A stretch of DNA of 64,000 nt from Bacteroidota bacterium. Lineage in GTDB: Bacteria; Bacteroidota; Bacteroidia; Chitinophagales; Chitinophagaceae. A model generated the notes under the pieces. The model saw only the letters and a program-made list of their open reading frames with translations, ran no database searches and had not been told where the DNA came from. Both the position numbers and the translations under genes were made by a program. The stretch's first letter is position 1; each line of letters begins with the position of its first letter. This document shows positions 50,382 through 60,602 of this stretch, piece after piece. The stretch is from positions 30,820 through 94,819 of the forward strand of contig JBDTVE010000251.1 in assembly GCA_040007355.1 (NCBI GenBank), given 5' to 3'.

Positions 50382-51051
50382 GTTTCTGCCATTTAAGTTT
50401 GCACTAAAGTTAGGGCAATCATTGGCTGGCGTGTAAAAAAGATTCAGGTAAAAACAAAAACTGCCTATAGGAAGCACCAGGCCTGGCATTAGGAAGAAAA
50501 AATAAAAAACAATAGTACGGCCAGGAAAAGCAGCAACGGTATAAGCGGGAGGCGTAACTCCGCATGAAGACCGTTTCCTACCCACCAATTTTTAATATCT
50601 CTTACCGGATTTTTCATGTCTGCCTTTAAATAAGTTAGTAAAAATGTAGAAAATAAAGGAAACAACGAGTTGTTTTGTATCTTTTAATGTTATTTTAAAA
50701 ATGAAGTTAAAATGCCGTGTTTTTTATTAATATGAAAGACAGCCTTCTCCGAAGAGGAGGATGTCTGCTGGCGCTTATCTGACCAACATAGCTTAATAAT
50801 TCCTTATCCGGTGGAGCTTGGACATCAACACCGGCGCCAACTGATCCGCATTAAATTTTACCGGCAATTTTCGTGTAAAGCCGCGGGCCTGAGCAATATA
50901 CAAATCCACGCATCGGTGGGCGAATAAAATAAAATGGCAGGCCATGGGCGCCGGAAAGTTGCTGCCATCCAGGTGATTTGCGTCCATTCACCAACTAGGA
51001 AGGGCCGTTATGTGCCTTTTCGCCCGTATCTGCTTGCTGTTTGCAGCCGCC

Positions 51052-53478
51052 CTATTGAATTACTTTTTCAACCCTCGTAAATTTGTCATTTGAATTAAAT
51101 CCTTCCATCACTATTCTGAAACGGTGCGTTACATCATTGTTGTAGAATTGTATCTTAAACCGTTTCTTGTTTTTATTCAGCAGTATATAGGGTGTCCAGT
51201 ACAAAGTGGTTCGCAAGTCGGGCAAATCGTTTAACAAAGAGGTCGTTGCATAATCGGGAGAATAGAATTCCTTAATCGGAGTATAACCGGTTATCTGAAC
51301 ATAATCAAGTCCTTTCGCATTATCGTTGTTTGTCCGGTCGCCGCCTTTCTTGGTATATATGGCAATGGCACCGCCGCCTCTACTGGATATACCACCTGTG
51401 GTACCGGGGCTGAATACTTTTACATAGGCCACATCATTCATATTGAGGCTTTGCATAAAGCTCGCATCGGTTTGCATCTCATCCAGGTAGAACACGGGCG
51501 TACCGCCGCGCCATGTCAATGAGGGGGTGCCGCCGCTGGTATTGATTTGCAGCCCGGCCACCTTGCCCTGCAGATACTGGAAAATGGTTTGGTTGCTGGT
51601 TGCAAATGGATCATTTACTACGTCAAAATTCCGCGAATCTCCGCCGGAGAACATGCCACTGGCATATTTCTCATCCATCTTTTCTACATTTGATTTTGAT
51701 TTGCCGGTAATGACAACCTCCTTTAATACCTGTTCTTTCTCTCTCCTGGCACGTTGTACGGCTACTCTCATTTCATCTGATGCGTTTCTGACATTTTTTG
51801 AAACCACCGCTGTATCGGGCTCCAGTCCTGTCTTCCGGTTTTCATCGTTCAAAAATAATTTACCCGGACTATGGTACAAGCCGTTGTCTACATGGAGCAG
51901 AGATTTATCAAAGACCAGTTTTTTGTCGTTAAACTGAAAATAGAGTTTGGCGAAATCATAAAATACAAGTCCGTCGGTTTGCACCGTTCCTTTCCGGTCT
52001 ACCGGCAACGACAAAAAAGTCTTTGCAGAATCCTTTGTCTGTAGTATACCGTTGAGCTTGGTATCGGGTGAAAAATGGCCTGTCTGCATACCAATCAGTT
52101 TGCCATTAATGCTGAGGTAATTGCTTTCTTTTATGGCGGGTGCTGGTGGGTGGGCGGCAAACACACTGTCCCAGTGATACCGTCTCCAGCCATTGGTAAG
52201 CATTACCAGGTCAAGGTATATAGCGGCGCTGTCGGACGTACTAAAAAAATAATAATAAGGGTTGGCTATTTTACCGTGCAGATCGGCAGTTAGCAAAAGA
52301 TGTGAAATAATATTGTCTTCATTAGGCGAGGGCGGCATATTCAGATCCGCATCCGTAACAGACAGGGAAAGATTGGCGTGAAAAGTGTCGGAGATCTGTA
52401 CTTCCAGGGTGTTGAGTCCCCGTTTGTTTTTATTAAGCACCGGTATCCATGCATCGGCATCAAATTCATAATCATGATTGTTTACAAACGTCACCCGTTC
52501 GGCCAGTGGTTTAAAATTCTTGTCAAAAACGGTAATCTGTAAAATGCCCGTGGGAAGTTGTTTGGTAGGGATCATTCCCGAAGTAAGGTTATTCGCAGAC
52601 AGGTTCACATTTGCATAGTAGACCAGTTGCTGGTTCATATAGGCAATGATGTGCAGCGATTTTCCATCCGCGCTTATATTGTCGGACCGCTGCAGAATGA
52701 ATTTTTTGTTTTCCGGCGCATTGCTTACCTGCAGGCCAATGCCCTGGGGCTTCACCGCAGGCAGCGGGGTGATGTATTCTTTGCCGGCAGCGTCTTTCCA
52801 TACCGCAGAATAGACTTCTCCGGCTTTGGGGTCCATCTTAAAGGAGCCCATACCATCGTGCACTGATTGAAAATCACCTGTTTTAGCACCGGCGGCTGTT
52901 TTTATATATCCTTTTGCATTTACGGGCAGTCCGTTTGCATCCGTTACTTTAAACGCCAGCACACAGGAAATTCCGGCAACCATATCTCCCCCCTCCGGCA
53001 GAAAGCTGATGCTCACGGGTAGGGGTGACCGGCTTTTTATGGGTTTGGCACCGGTAAGAACGCGTATCGGTTTTACAAATAGGAAATTGGTATCCCCGCT
53101 TATCATGGCAGCAGTATAGGCCCTGAAAAATACCAGGTTTTTGGAAAAGCCCGGCGCCAGTGTAATGCTGCCTGCCGCGCTGGATTCGCCCACCGGGGCT
53201 GTCACCCGGCTAATTACATTGCCCGCCTCATCCGTTAGCTCCGCATAAAAATTCCGGACATTCTCGGCGTGCTCCAGCCCGTCAAAAATATAAGCCTTGA
53301 ACCAGATGGTTTCGCCGGGATTATAAAAATTTTTATCAAAATGGACATAAATCTTTTCCTGCGGATCTGCCTGTTTAAAAACGCCGAGCAATGAGTCTAT
53401 ATTTTGCGCATCTGCGCGGATAAAACCGGTCAAAAGAACAACACAAAGAATAAAGTAAGTGTACATTTGTTTTTGCAT
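51052..53478 (-). CDS. hypothetical secreted protein with N-terminal MG2-like region and a TonB-receptor Plug-like domain but no barrel-length C-terminus
   Basis: Signal peptide, then IYVHFDKNFYNPGETIWFKAYIF (MG2-like start). The Plug-like block is IFQYLQGKVAGLQINTSGG.PSLTWRGG.PVFYLDEM......L.MNDVAYVKVF, with only about 150 aa after it. Confidence 0.55.
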   Translation of the reverse strand: MQKQMYTYFILCVVLLTGFIRADAQNIDSLLGVFKQADPQEKIYVHFDKNFYNPGETIWFKAYIFDGLEHAENVRNFYAELTDEAGNVISRVTAPVGESSAAGSITLAPGFSKNLVFFRAYTAAMISGDTNFLFVKPIRVLTGAKPIKSRSPLPVSISFLPEGGDMVAGISCVLAFKVTDANGLPVNAKGYIKTAAGAKTGDFQSVHDGMGSFKMDPKAGEVYSAVWKDAAGKEYITPLPAVKPQGIGLQVSNAPENKKFILQRSDNISADGKSLHIIAYMNQQLVYYANVNLSANNLTSGMIPTKQLPTGILQITVFDKNFKPLAERVTFVNNHDYEFDADAWIPVLNKNKRGLNTLEVQISDTFHANLSLSVTDADLNMPPSPNEDNIISHLLLTADLHGKIANPYYYFFSTSDSAAIYLDLVMLTNGWRRYHWDSVFAAHPPAPAIKESNYLSINGKLIGMQTGHFSPDTKLNGILQTKDSAKTFLSLPVDRKGTVQTDGLVFYDFAKLYFQFNDKKLVFDKSLLHVDNGLYHSPGKLFLNDENRKTGLEPDTAVVSKNVRNASDEMRVAVQRARREKEQVLKEVVITGKSKSNVEKMDEKYASGMFSGGDSRNFDVVNDPFATSNQTIFQYLQGKVAGLQINTSGGTPSLTWRGGTPVFYLDEMQTDASFMQSLNMNDVAYVKVFSPGTTGGISSRGGGAIAIYTKKGGDRTNNDNAKGLDYVQITGYTPIKEFYSPDYATTSLLNDLPDLRTTLYWTPYILLNKNKKRFKIQFYNNDVTHRFRIVMEGFNSNDKFTRVEKVIQ

Positions 53479-53576
53479 GACAACGAATAATTTCAGATTT
53501 AGCTAATTTATAGCAATCCCCGCTCACTACTGGCCGGCGGCGTAAGATTAACAATTTATTGAACGCAATGTAACTC

Positions 53577-55076
53577 ATGAACAGTAAAAAACGATACAGG
53601 GATTATACCGCGCACCTGCAAAAAATTGCGGATACAAGATACGCTATTGCTGTATTGCAATGGGACCAGGAAACCTATATGCCCCCAAAAGGGGCCGGTT
53701 TCAGGGCCCGGCAAATTGCCACCCTAAGCGAAATAAGCCACGAATTATTTACGGGCGATTCCTTTACAAATATTTTGCAGGACCTGATGGCCTGTGATGA
53801 CCTGGATGAAACCGCCCGGAAAAACCTGGAGCTGAGCTGGTATGATTATACCCAGCAACACAAACTAACCGGCGATTTTGTACGGCGCCTGAGCGAAGCC
53901 ACTTCGGCCAGCTTCCAGGCATGGGTAACCGCAAAAAAAGAAAATGAATTTTCCCTTTTTGAACCGCACCTGGCAGGGCTGCTGGAGCTGAAAAAACAGG
54001 AGGCCGGTTTCCTGGGTTTTGAAGATCATCCTTACAATGCCCTGCTTAACCAGTATGAACGCGGTTGCACCGTTCGTTTGCTGGACAGGGTATTCAGCAC
54101 CCTGCAATCGCCCTTAAAAGAATTATTGAACAGGATACAGGCCTGCCCGGCACCAGACGACGGGTTTCTGCGGAGGCAATACCCCAAGGAACAGCAATGG
54201 CAGTTTGGAATAATGCTGCTAAAACAACTGGGGTTTGATTTTGAGGCAGGCCGGCAGGATATGGCCGAGCATCCGTTTACCACTAATTTCAGCAGCCAGG
54301 ATGTGCGGCTTACCACCCGTATAGACGAACATGATTTCAGCAATATGACCTGGAGCTGCATACACGAGTGCGGCCACGGTTTATATGAACAGGGTCTGCC
54401 CGCAGACTTTTACGGGCTGCCGCTGGGCGAATACACCTCGCTAGGCATACACGAATCGCAATCCCGTTTATGGGAAAACAATGTTGGCCGTAGCCTTGAC
54501 TGCTGGCGTTATTTCTACCCGGTAGCCCGGTCCTGGTTTCCGGAGCAGCTGAAAGATATTTCATTGGAACAGTTCTATGGAGGTATTAACCGGGTGCAGC
54601 CCTCCTTTATCCGGACAGAAGCAGATGAACTTACTTATCATTTTCATGTTCAGATTCGGTATGAACTGGAAAAAAAGCTGCTGGAAGGCAGTTTGGCCGT
54701 CAAAGACATTCCGGCCTACTGGAATGAACAATACAGGGAACTCCTGGGCGTTATTGTACCGGACAACCGCAAGGGTTGCCTGCAGGACGTGCATTGGAGC
54801 CATGGAAGTTTTGGCTATTTTCCCACATACAGCCTGGGCAGCTTTTATGCCGCGCAGTTTTTTGGCGCAGCACAGAAAAACATACCAAACCTTGCCGCGT
54901 CCATAACAAATGGCAACTATAAGCCATTGTTAGATTGGTTACGAACGAATATTCATATGCATGGCCGCAGGTATACAAGCGGGGAATTGTGTGAACGGAT
55001 AACCGGCGAACCATTGGATACCGGTTATTTCATACACTATGCAACAAACAAATACAAGGCTATTTATGGATTTTAA
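53577..55076 (+). CDS. carboxypeptidase M32 (Taq-type metallocarboxypeptidase)
   Basis: HEXXH as IHECGHGLYEQG, then GIHESQSRLWEN and DVHWS.G.FGYFPTY. Confidence 0.9.
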   Translation: MNSKKRYRDYTAHLQKIADTRYAIAVLQWDQETYMPPKGAGFRARQIATLSEISHELFTGDSFTNILQDLMACDDLDETARKNLELSWYDYTQQHKLTGDFVRRLSEATSASFQAWVTAKKENEFSLFEPHLAGLLELKKQEAGFLGFEDHPYNALLNQYERGCTVRLLDRVFSTLQSPLKELLNRIQACPAPDDGFLRRQYPKEQQWQFGIMLLKQLGFDFEAGRQDMAEHPFTTNFSSQDVRLTTRIDEHDFSNMTWSCIHECGHGLYEQGLPADFYGLPLGEYTSLGIHESQSRLWENNVGRSLDCWRYFYPVARSWFPEQLKDISLEQFYGGINRVQPSFIRTEADELTYHFHVQIRYELEKKLLEGSLAVKDIPAYWNEQYRELLGVIVPDNRKGCLQDVHWSHGSFGYFPTYSLGSFYAAQFFGAAQKNIPNLAASITNGNYKPLLDWLRTNIHMHGRRYTSGELCERITGEPLDTGYFIHYATNKYKAIYGF

Positions 55077-55503
55077 AAAACCGGTTATACGATGCCTGCT
55101 ATTGCCGGTGATGCTGGCAGGTACGTTGTTCAGCTTCTCCTGTAAAAAAGCAATTGAGCAGCAGCAAAAAAATATCATTGTAGATGCTATGACACATGGC
55201 CGTTGGTACGTAGAGCAGTATACCCAGGATGCAATAGATATCACTCCCGGCTTCCTGGATTATGAATTCCAGTTTTATGAAAACGGACAGGTAGACGGAA
55301 TAAAAACCATTTTTATTAAAAGCGGTACCTGGAGTGCCGATATCGGCAATTACACCATTACGGCCGCATTCCCCGCCGACGCCAGTGATACACTCAAATT
55401 GCTTAACCATACCTGGAAAATAACCGACAGTTACCTGGATTACGTGGAAGCAAAAACCACCACTGCCAGCGGCGAAAACACCCTGCACCTGAGAAAAAAA
55501 TAA
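55066..55503 (+). CDS. hypothetical lipoprotein
   Basis: MDFKKPVIRCLLLPVMLAGTLFSFSC (lipobox-like FSFSC). It overlaps the M32 stop by 11 nt. Confidence 0.55.
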   Translation: MDFKKPVIRCLLLPVMLAGTLFSFSCKKAIEQQQKNIIVDAMTHGRWYVEQYTQDAIDITPGFLDYEFQFYENGQVDGIKTIFIKSGTWSADIGNYTITAAFPADASDTLKLLNHTWKITDSYLDYVEAKTTTASGENTLHLRKK

Positions 55504-55707
55504 TTGCTGAATAAACAATAAAAATAATATCCACTTCCTGACAGGATTCAGGCTGCACACCGGTTGCGGCTTTTTTTATGCCGTTTGCAAACGCCATTCT
55601 ATGGGGAAACCATTACTGATTAAAAAATAGGTAATCGTATATACCTAATTTGAAAACCCGCCGTTTAATAGCCAGATATCCTTTGATAATCCCGAATCCA
55701 ACATCAC

Positions 55708-58700
55708 ATGAAGGCTGTTTGGCACATTGTGCTCCGTACACTGTATGTACTGTTGTTTTGCCTGTTCTTTCAGCAAACAATGGTAGCACAGTTACATGCA
55801 GATTTTACCGCAGGCCCGGCCAACGGCTGTGCCCCGGTATTTATCCAGTTTAAAGACATCAGCACCGGCTCTCCCACCAACTGGAAATGGGACCTGGGCA
55901 ATGGCACGATTTCATTCCTGCAGAATCCTTCAACCACCTATTTCAATCCCGGCAAATACACCATTAAACTAGTTATAAGAAATGGAACCAGTTCGGATTC
56001 CATTGTAAAATTGAACCATATTACCATCAATGCACTGCCCAAACCATTGTTTAAAGCTTCCGATACCACCGGCTGTTACCCGTTAAAAGTAAATTTTACA
56101 GACCAGAGCCTGGCGCAGGAAGGCGGCATTGTTAAATGGGAATGGGATCTGGGCGATGGCACCCTGTCTACCGCACAGCATCCTACGCACGTATATACCG
56201 GTCCGGGCAACTACAATGTTATACTCCGGATCACCAATACCGCCGGCTGTGTGAGTACCCTGTCAAAGGCCCAGTATATAAAAATAAAAGACGGGGTAAA
56301 AGCAGATTTTGGCTATACCGGCAGCAGCCAGTGCACACCCCCTTCCATAGTGCATTTTACCAATAAAAGCAACGGCACCGGGGTGCTGTCTTACCAATGG
56401 CTTTTTGGCGATGGACAATCCTCCACCGTACAAAATCCTTCCAATACTTATCAGGCAGCGGGGCTGTACAGCTTACAGTTAATCGTAAAAAACAATGCCG
56501 GGTGTATTGACACGCTTACAAAAAAAGATTCTATTGCCGTAGGGGTTGCCAAAGCAAATTTTACGGCGCCCGATAGTATCTGCCAGAACATCTCTTTCCA
56601 GGTGTTTAATACCTCGGCACCGGCTACCGGTAACCTGTACTGGAAATTTGGCAACAGAAGCGTATCGGCCGATCCAAAACCTTTTGTACGGTACGACAGC
56701 GCAGGCACTTATTCCATCAGCCTGGTGGCGGATTTTGGCAGTTGCAAGGATTCCGCTGTAAAAACGGTTAAAATTTTACCCAAGGCAATTGCTGCGTTTA
56801 CCACGGCAAAAACAGCATCCTGCAAGGCCCCATTTAGCGTGCCGTTTTCAAACCTTACCAAAAACGCCATTGCTTTTACGTGGTTGTTTGGCGACGGTAA
56901 TTCATCGGCGATGGAAAACCCTTCACATACTTATCTAAAGGAAGGTTCTTATACCGTAACACTAATTGTTACCAATAACAACGGTTGCACCGATACCCTT
57001 CACCAACAGGATTATATCAATATCATACCGGCTGAGGTTCAGATAGTGGGTCTACCGCTATCGGGGTGTGCCCCGTTGGTGTTTGATCCGTCGTATACAG
57101 TAAAATCAATTGTTCCCATTGCCAGTTATCTCTGGGATTTTGGCGACGGAACCTCTTCTGCATCCGAACACCCGGTACATGTTTACAATACCCCCGGCAC
57201 CTACAACGTTTCGCTTATCTATACTACAACTGAAGGCTGTATGGGTACCATCAAATATCCAAAAGCGGTGCAGGCCGGGCAAAAACCATTTGCATCTTTT
57301 ACGGCCAATCCTACCAATACCTGTGCTTCCACACCGGTTGTTTTCACCGATAACGCTGGTGGCAGTATTACCAACTGGCTTTGGAACTTCGGGGATGGTA
57401 TAACAGATACGGCCCGTAACCCCACACACTTTTACAATGATACCGGCTATTTTCACGTGCGTTTGATTGTAAGCAATAACGGTTGTTCCGACACTTTGCT
57501 GGTGCCGAAAGCCGTGCACATAAAACCGCCGGTGGCAAAATTTGCCGTAGATACCAGGTGCAACGATCCCTATCGTTTTGCATTTACCAATTATTCCATT
57601 GGCGCCACATCATGGACCTGGGATTTTGGAGATGGAACTTCTTCTGCAGACAAAGACCCTGTTCATGTTTACAGTAAACCAGGGTCATACCTGGTAAAAC
57701 TGCTGGTAACCAACGGCACCTGTTCGCATATGGCGGTCTATCGCGCGGGCGTTGTTGTGGAAAAGGCCGATTTCGCCGCTTCCCGTACGGAAGTGTGCAA
57801 AGGCGACTCTATTGTACTGGAACCAATGGGTTTCAACGCTGCCAATATTATCGGTTATAAGTGGTCGTTAGAATATGGTACGGATACCGCACGCGTGATA
57901 AAAACAGCGTTTAATAAAAGCGGCAAATACAGTGTTAGTCTTATACTGACCAATATTGCCGGTTGTACGGATACGATGACGAAGACCACTTATATTACGG
58001 TTAACGGTCCCACGGCTGATTTTAACAATACCAGCAGTGCGGCCTGTTTAAAATCAGGCGGCGTTATTGGATTTACGGATGCCGCCACCACCGACGGAAC
58101 GCATGCTATCAAAAAATGGGAGTGGAATTTTGGCGATGGCCAGACACAGACAGCAGGATCTTTCCCTTTTACCCATACCTACAGCAAAACAGGCTTTTAT
58201 ACCATTGTCTTACGGGTTACCGACGCAGGAGGTTGTACAGACAGTATCAGCAAACCCAACAACATTTATATAGCCGATCCGAAAGCGATTTTCAGCAGCC
58301 TTGATACCATGAGTTGCCAGAACAAACCAGTGGGTTTTACCAACAGCTCCCTTGGCCAGCCCTTGCAATATGTATGGGGTTTTGGCGATGGTTCCGGCTC
58401 GACTCAACAGGAACCGGTGCATAATTTTGCCGCGGTGGGCATCTATGATAGCTGGTTAAAGATAACCGACCAATACGGCTGTACGGACTCGGTGTTCAAA
58501 GCTTCTTATATTCATATTGACGAGCCCAGGGCACTGTTCCTGGTGAGCGATTCCGAAAGCACCTGTCCTCCGCTGGTGGTAAATTTCACCAATAAATCAA
58601 AATATTTCAAGGCATTTAGCTGGGACTTTGGCGATGGTACAAGCGCCCTTGTAGATAACCCGGTGCATTATTATAACTACCCCGGTATTTACTATGCCAG

Positions 58701-60510
58701 ATTGGTGGTAACCAGCCCGGGCGGCTGCACTGATACAGTATATAAAAAGATCGAAATAAAAGGCCCTACCGGTAGTTTTGTGTACGATAAAACGGCTTCC
58801 TGCAATCCCGGAACCATTGCATTTACTGCTCAAACACAAAATACACAATCTTTTATCTGGGATTTCAACGATGGTTACACTGACAATACCACTGATTCCG
58901 CGGTAAGCCATTTGTATAATTCTCTGGGTATTTATGTACCAAAAATGATACTGCAGGATGCCCGGGGTTGTAAGGTACCCATTGCCGGTAAAGACACCAT
59001 CCGCATCTATGGCATAACATCCATGTTCACCAACAATACCAATTTATTATGCGATAAAGGGATCGTGAATTTTACCGATTCTTCGCTTACAAATGACCTG
59101 ATTACAGATTACCAGTGGCGGATGGGCGATGGCACTATAGAAACCGATCGCAATCCCGCGCATGGCTATACGGCGAGCGGCATCTACCCGGTTCAATTGG
59201 TGGTAACCACGCTAAATGGCTGTAAAGACAGTTCCGCCCAAATCACAACAATAAAGGTGGTGACCAGCCCGCAAGTCTCCCTCCGTGGCGACTTGTCTGC
59301 CTGTCCACCGGCCAGTTTAACCTTTTATGGAGATTTAAATGCCCCTGATACTTCAAACCTGGTATGGCAGTGGAATTTCAGCAACGGTCCGGCATCCTCG
59401 GTTCGCAACCCGGCACCGGTATCGTACCAACAGGATGGCAGCTATGATGCCAGCATGCAGGTTACAAACTCGTCGGGTTGTGTGACCACGCAAATAAAAA
59501 AGATTGTTATCCACCCCATCCCACAGGTAAATGCCGGGAACAATACAGCTATCTGTGAAAGAAAAACCGCTACGCTGGAAGCAAAGGGTGCAGATAAATA
59601 CACCTGGAGTCCGGCAACAGCGCTTTCCTGTACCGGCTGTACAAGTCCGGTGGCTTCGCCCGATTCCAATATCACGTACCGGGTACTGGGCGAAACTAAT
59701 TTTGGATGTAAATCAATTGATTCAGTAATAATATCAGTAAAACACCCGTTTAGGTTGCAGGTTGGACCGGGGGATACCCTGTGCAAGGGTGAGTCTTTTC
59801 ATTTACTCGCTAAAAATGCAGAACAATACGCCTGGACGCCATCAACCGGCCTTGACAATAACCATATTGGAACCGCCTTAGCCCGGCCTGAACAAACCAT
59901 TCAGTACCAGGTAATTGGTCAAGATAGTCTGGGTTGTTTCCAGGATACCGGTTTTGTAAAGCTGGTGGTGTATCCTTTTCCATCGGTTGATGCAGGGGTG
60001 GATAAAACCATTGCCGTTGGGACTTCTGTGGAATTAAATGCTAAAGTGAGCAAGGATGTAACAATTATAAAATGGCAACCGTCTGTGGGATTGAGCTGTT
60101 TTAATTGTGCAAACCCGGTTGCCAGCCCCAAACAGACCACTTCCTACAGGATTATGGCCATCAACGAGGGTGGTTGCATGAATAAGGATGAAATAACGGT
60201 ATTTGTGGTTTGCAATAATGGAAACATATTTTTGCCGAACACGTTCTCCCCCAATGGAAATGGTACGAATGACGTGTTCTATCCAAGAGGAACTGGATTG
60301 TACAGTATAAAAAGCATGCGCATCTTTAACCGCTGGGGAGAACCGGTTTTTGAAGCCACCAATTTTAAAGCAAATGACGCCTCAAAGGGCTGGAACGGGA
60401 TGTTTAAAAACAAGCAGGCACCCAACGATGTATATGTATATTTCGTAGAAGTGATATGTGTGAATAATTCGATACTCACCTACTCCGGGAATATCGCTGT
60501 AATTCGTTAA
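55708..60510 (+). CDS. giant PKD-repeat protein with T9SS type-B C-terminal sorting domain
   Basis: Signal peptide and more than 12 PKD-like modules (W.WD.GDGT.S....P.H.Y...G.Y.V.L.V....GC.D). The C-terminus LPNTFSPNGNGTNDVFYPRG....I.SMRIFNRWGEPVF........GWNG......A..DVYVYF is a type-B CTD. Confidence 0.88.
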   Translation: MKAVWHIVLRTLYVLLFCLFFQQTMVAQLHADFTAGPANGCAPVFIQFKDISTGSPTNWKWDLGNGTISFLQNPSTTYFNPGKYTIKLVIRNGTSSDSIVKLNHITINALPKPLFKASDTTGCYPLKVNFTDQSLAQEGGIVKWEWDLGDGTLSTAQHPTHVYTGPGNYNVILRITNTAGCVSTLSKAQYIKIKDGVKADFGYTGSSQCTPPSIVHFTNKSNGTGVLSYQWLFGDGQSSTVQNPSNTYQAAGLYSLQLIVKNNAGCIDTLTKKDSIAVGVAKANFTAPDSICQNISFQVFNTSAPATGNLYWKFGNRSVSADPKPFVRYDSAGTYSISLVADFGSCKDSAVKTVKILPKAIAAFTTAKTASCKAPFSVPFSNLTKNAIAFTWLFGDGNSSAMENPSHTYLKEGSYTVTLIVTNNNGCTDTLHQQDYINIIPAEVQIVGLPLSGCAPLVFDPSYTVKSIVPIASYLWDFGDGTSSASEHPVHVYNTPGTYNVSLIYTTTEGCMGTIKYPKAVQAGQKPFASFTANPTNTCASTPVVFTDNAGGSITNWLWNFGDGITDTARNPTHFYNDTGYFHVRLIVSNNGCSDTLLVPKAVHIKPPVAKFAVDTRCNDPYRFAFTNYSIGATSWTWDFGDGTSSADKDPVHVYSKPGSYLVKLLVTNGTCSHMAVYRAGVVVEKADFAASRTEVCKGDSIVLEPMGFNAANIIGYKWSLEYGTDTARVIKTAFNKSGKYSVSLILTNIAGCTDTMTKTTYITVNGPTADFNNTSSAACLKSGGVIGFTDAATTDGTHAIKKWEWNFGDGQTQTAGSFPFTHTYSKTGFYTIVLRVTDAGGCTDSISKPNNIYIADPKAIFSSLDTMSCQNKPVGFTNSSLGQPLQYVWGFGDGSGSTQQEPVHNFAAVGIYDSWLKITDQYGCTDSVFKASYIHIDEPRALFLVSDSESTCPPLVVNFTNKSKYFKAFSWDFGDGTSALVDNPVHYYNYPGIYYARLVVTSPGGCTDTVYKKIEIKGPTGSFVYDKTASCNPGTIAFTAQTQNTQSFIWDFNDGYTDNTTDSAVSHLYNSLGIYVPKMILQDARGCKVPIAGKDTIRIYGITSMFTNNTNLLCDKGIVNFTDSSLTNDLITDYQWRMGDGTIETDRNPAHGYTASGIYPVQLVVTTLNGCKDSSAQITTIKVVTSPQVSLRGDLSACPPASLTFYGDLNAPDTSNLVWQWNFSNGPASSVRNPAPVSYQQDGSYDASMQVTNSSGCVTTQIKKIVIHPIPQVNAGNNTAICERKTATLEAKGADKYTWSPATALSCTGCTSPVASPDSNITYRVLGETNFGCKSIDSVIISVKHPFRLQVGPGDTLCKGESFHLLAKNAEQYAWTPSTGLDNNHIGTALARPEQTIQYQVIGQDSLGCFQDTGFVKLVVYPFPSVDAGVDKTIAVGTSVELNAKVSKDVTIIKWQPSVGLSCFNCANPVASPKQTTSYRIMAINEGGCMNKDEITVFVVCNNGNIFLPNTFSPNGNGTNDVFYPRGTGLYSIKSMRIFNRWGEPVFEATNFKANDASKGWNGMFKNKQAPNDVYVYFVEVICVNNSILTYSGNIAVIR

Positions 60511-60528
60511 TAATTAAAACATAACGTT

Positions 60529-60536
60529 TAACTTTG
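60529..60536 (+). promoter_or_regulatory. Candidate Bacteroidota -7 promoter box (TAnnTTTG)
   Basis: TAACTTTG lies in the 92-nt intergenic region, 67 nt upstream of the TTG start at 60603. I found no clear -33 TTTG. Confidence 0.3.
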
Positions 60537-60602
60537 ACAAGTTTTTCATACCCTTTTGAGACAGCGAAACACTTGATCTGACAACCTATAAAACGAGGCT
60601 AC

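Noticed and set aside
50793-50987. 64-aa minus-strand ORF in the gap downstream of the 808-aa gene
   Set aside because: It has no recognisable motif, signal peptide or upstream context. It may be a gene fragment, but I cannot support a call.
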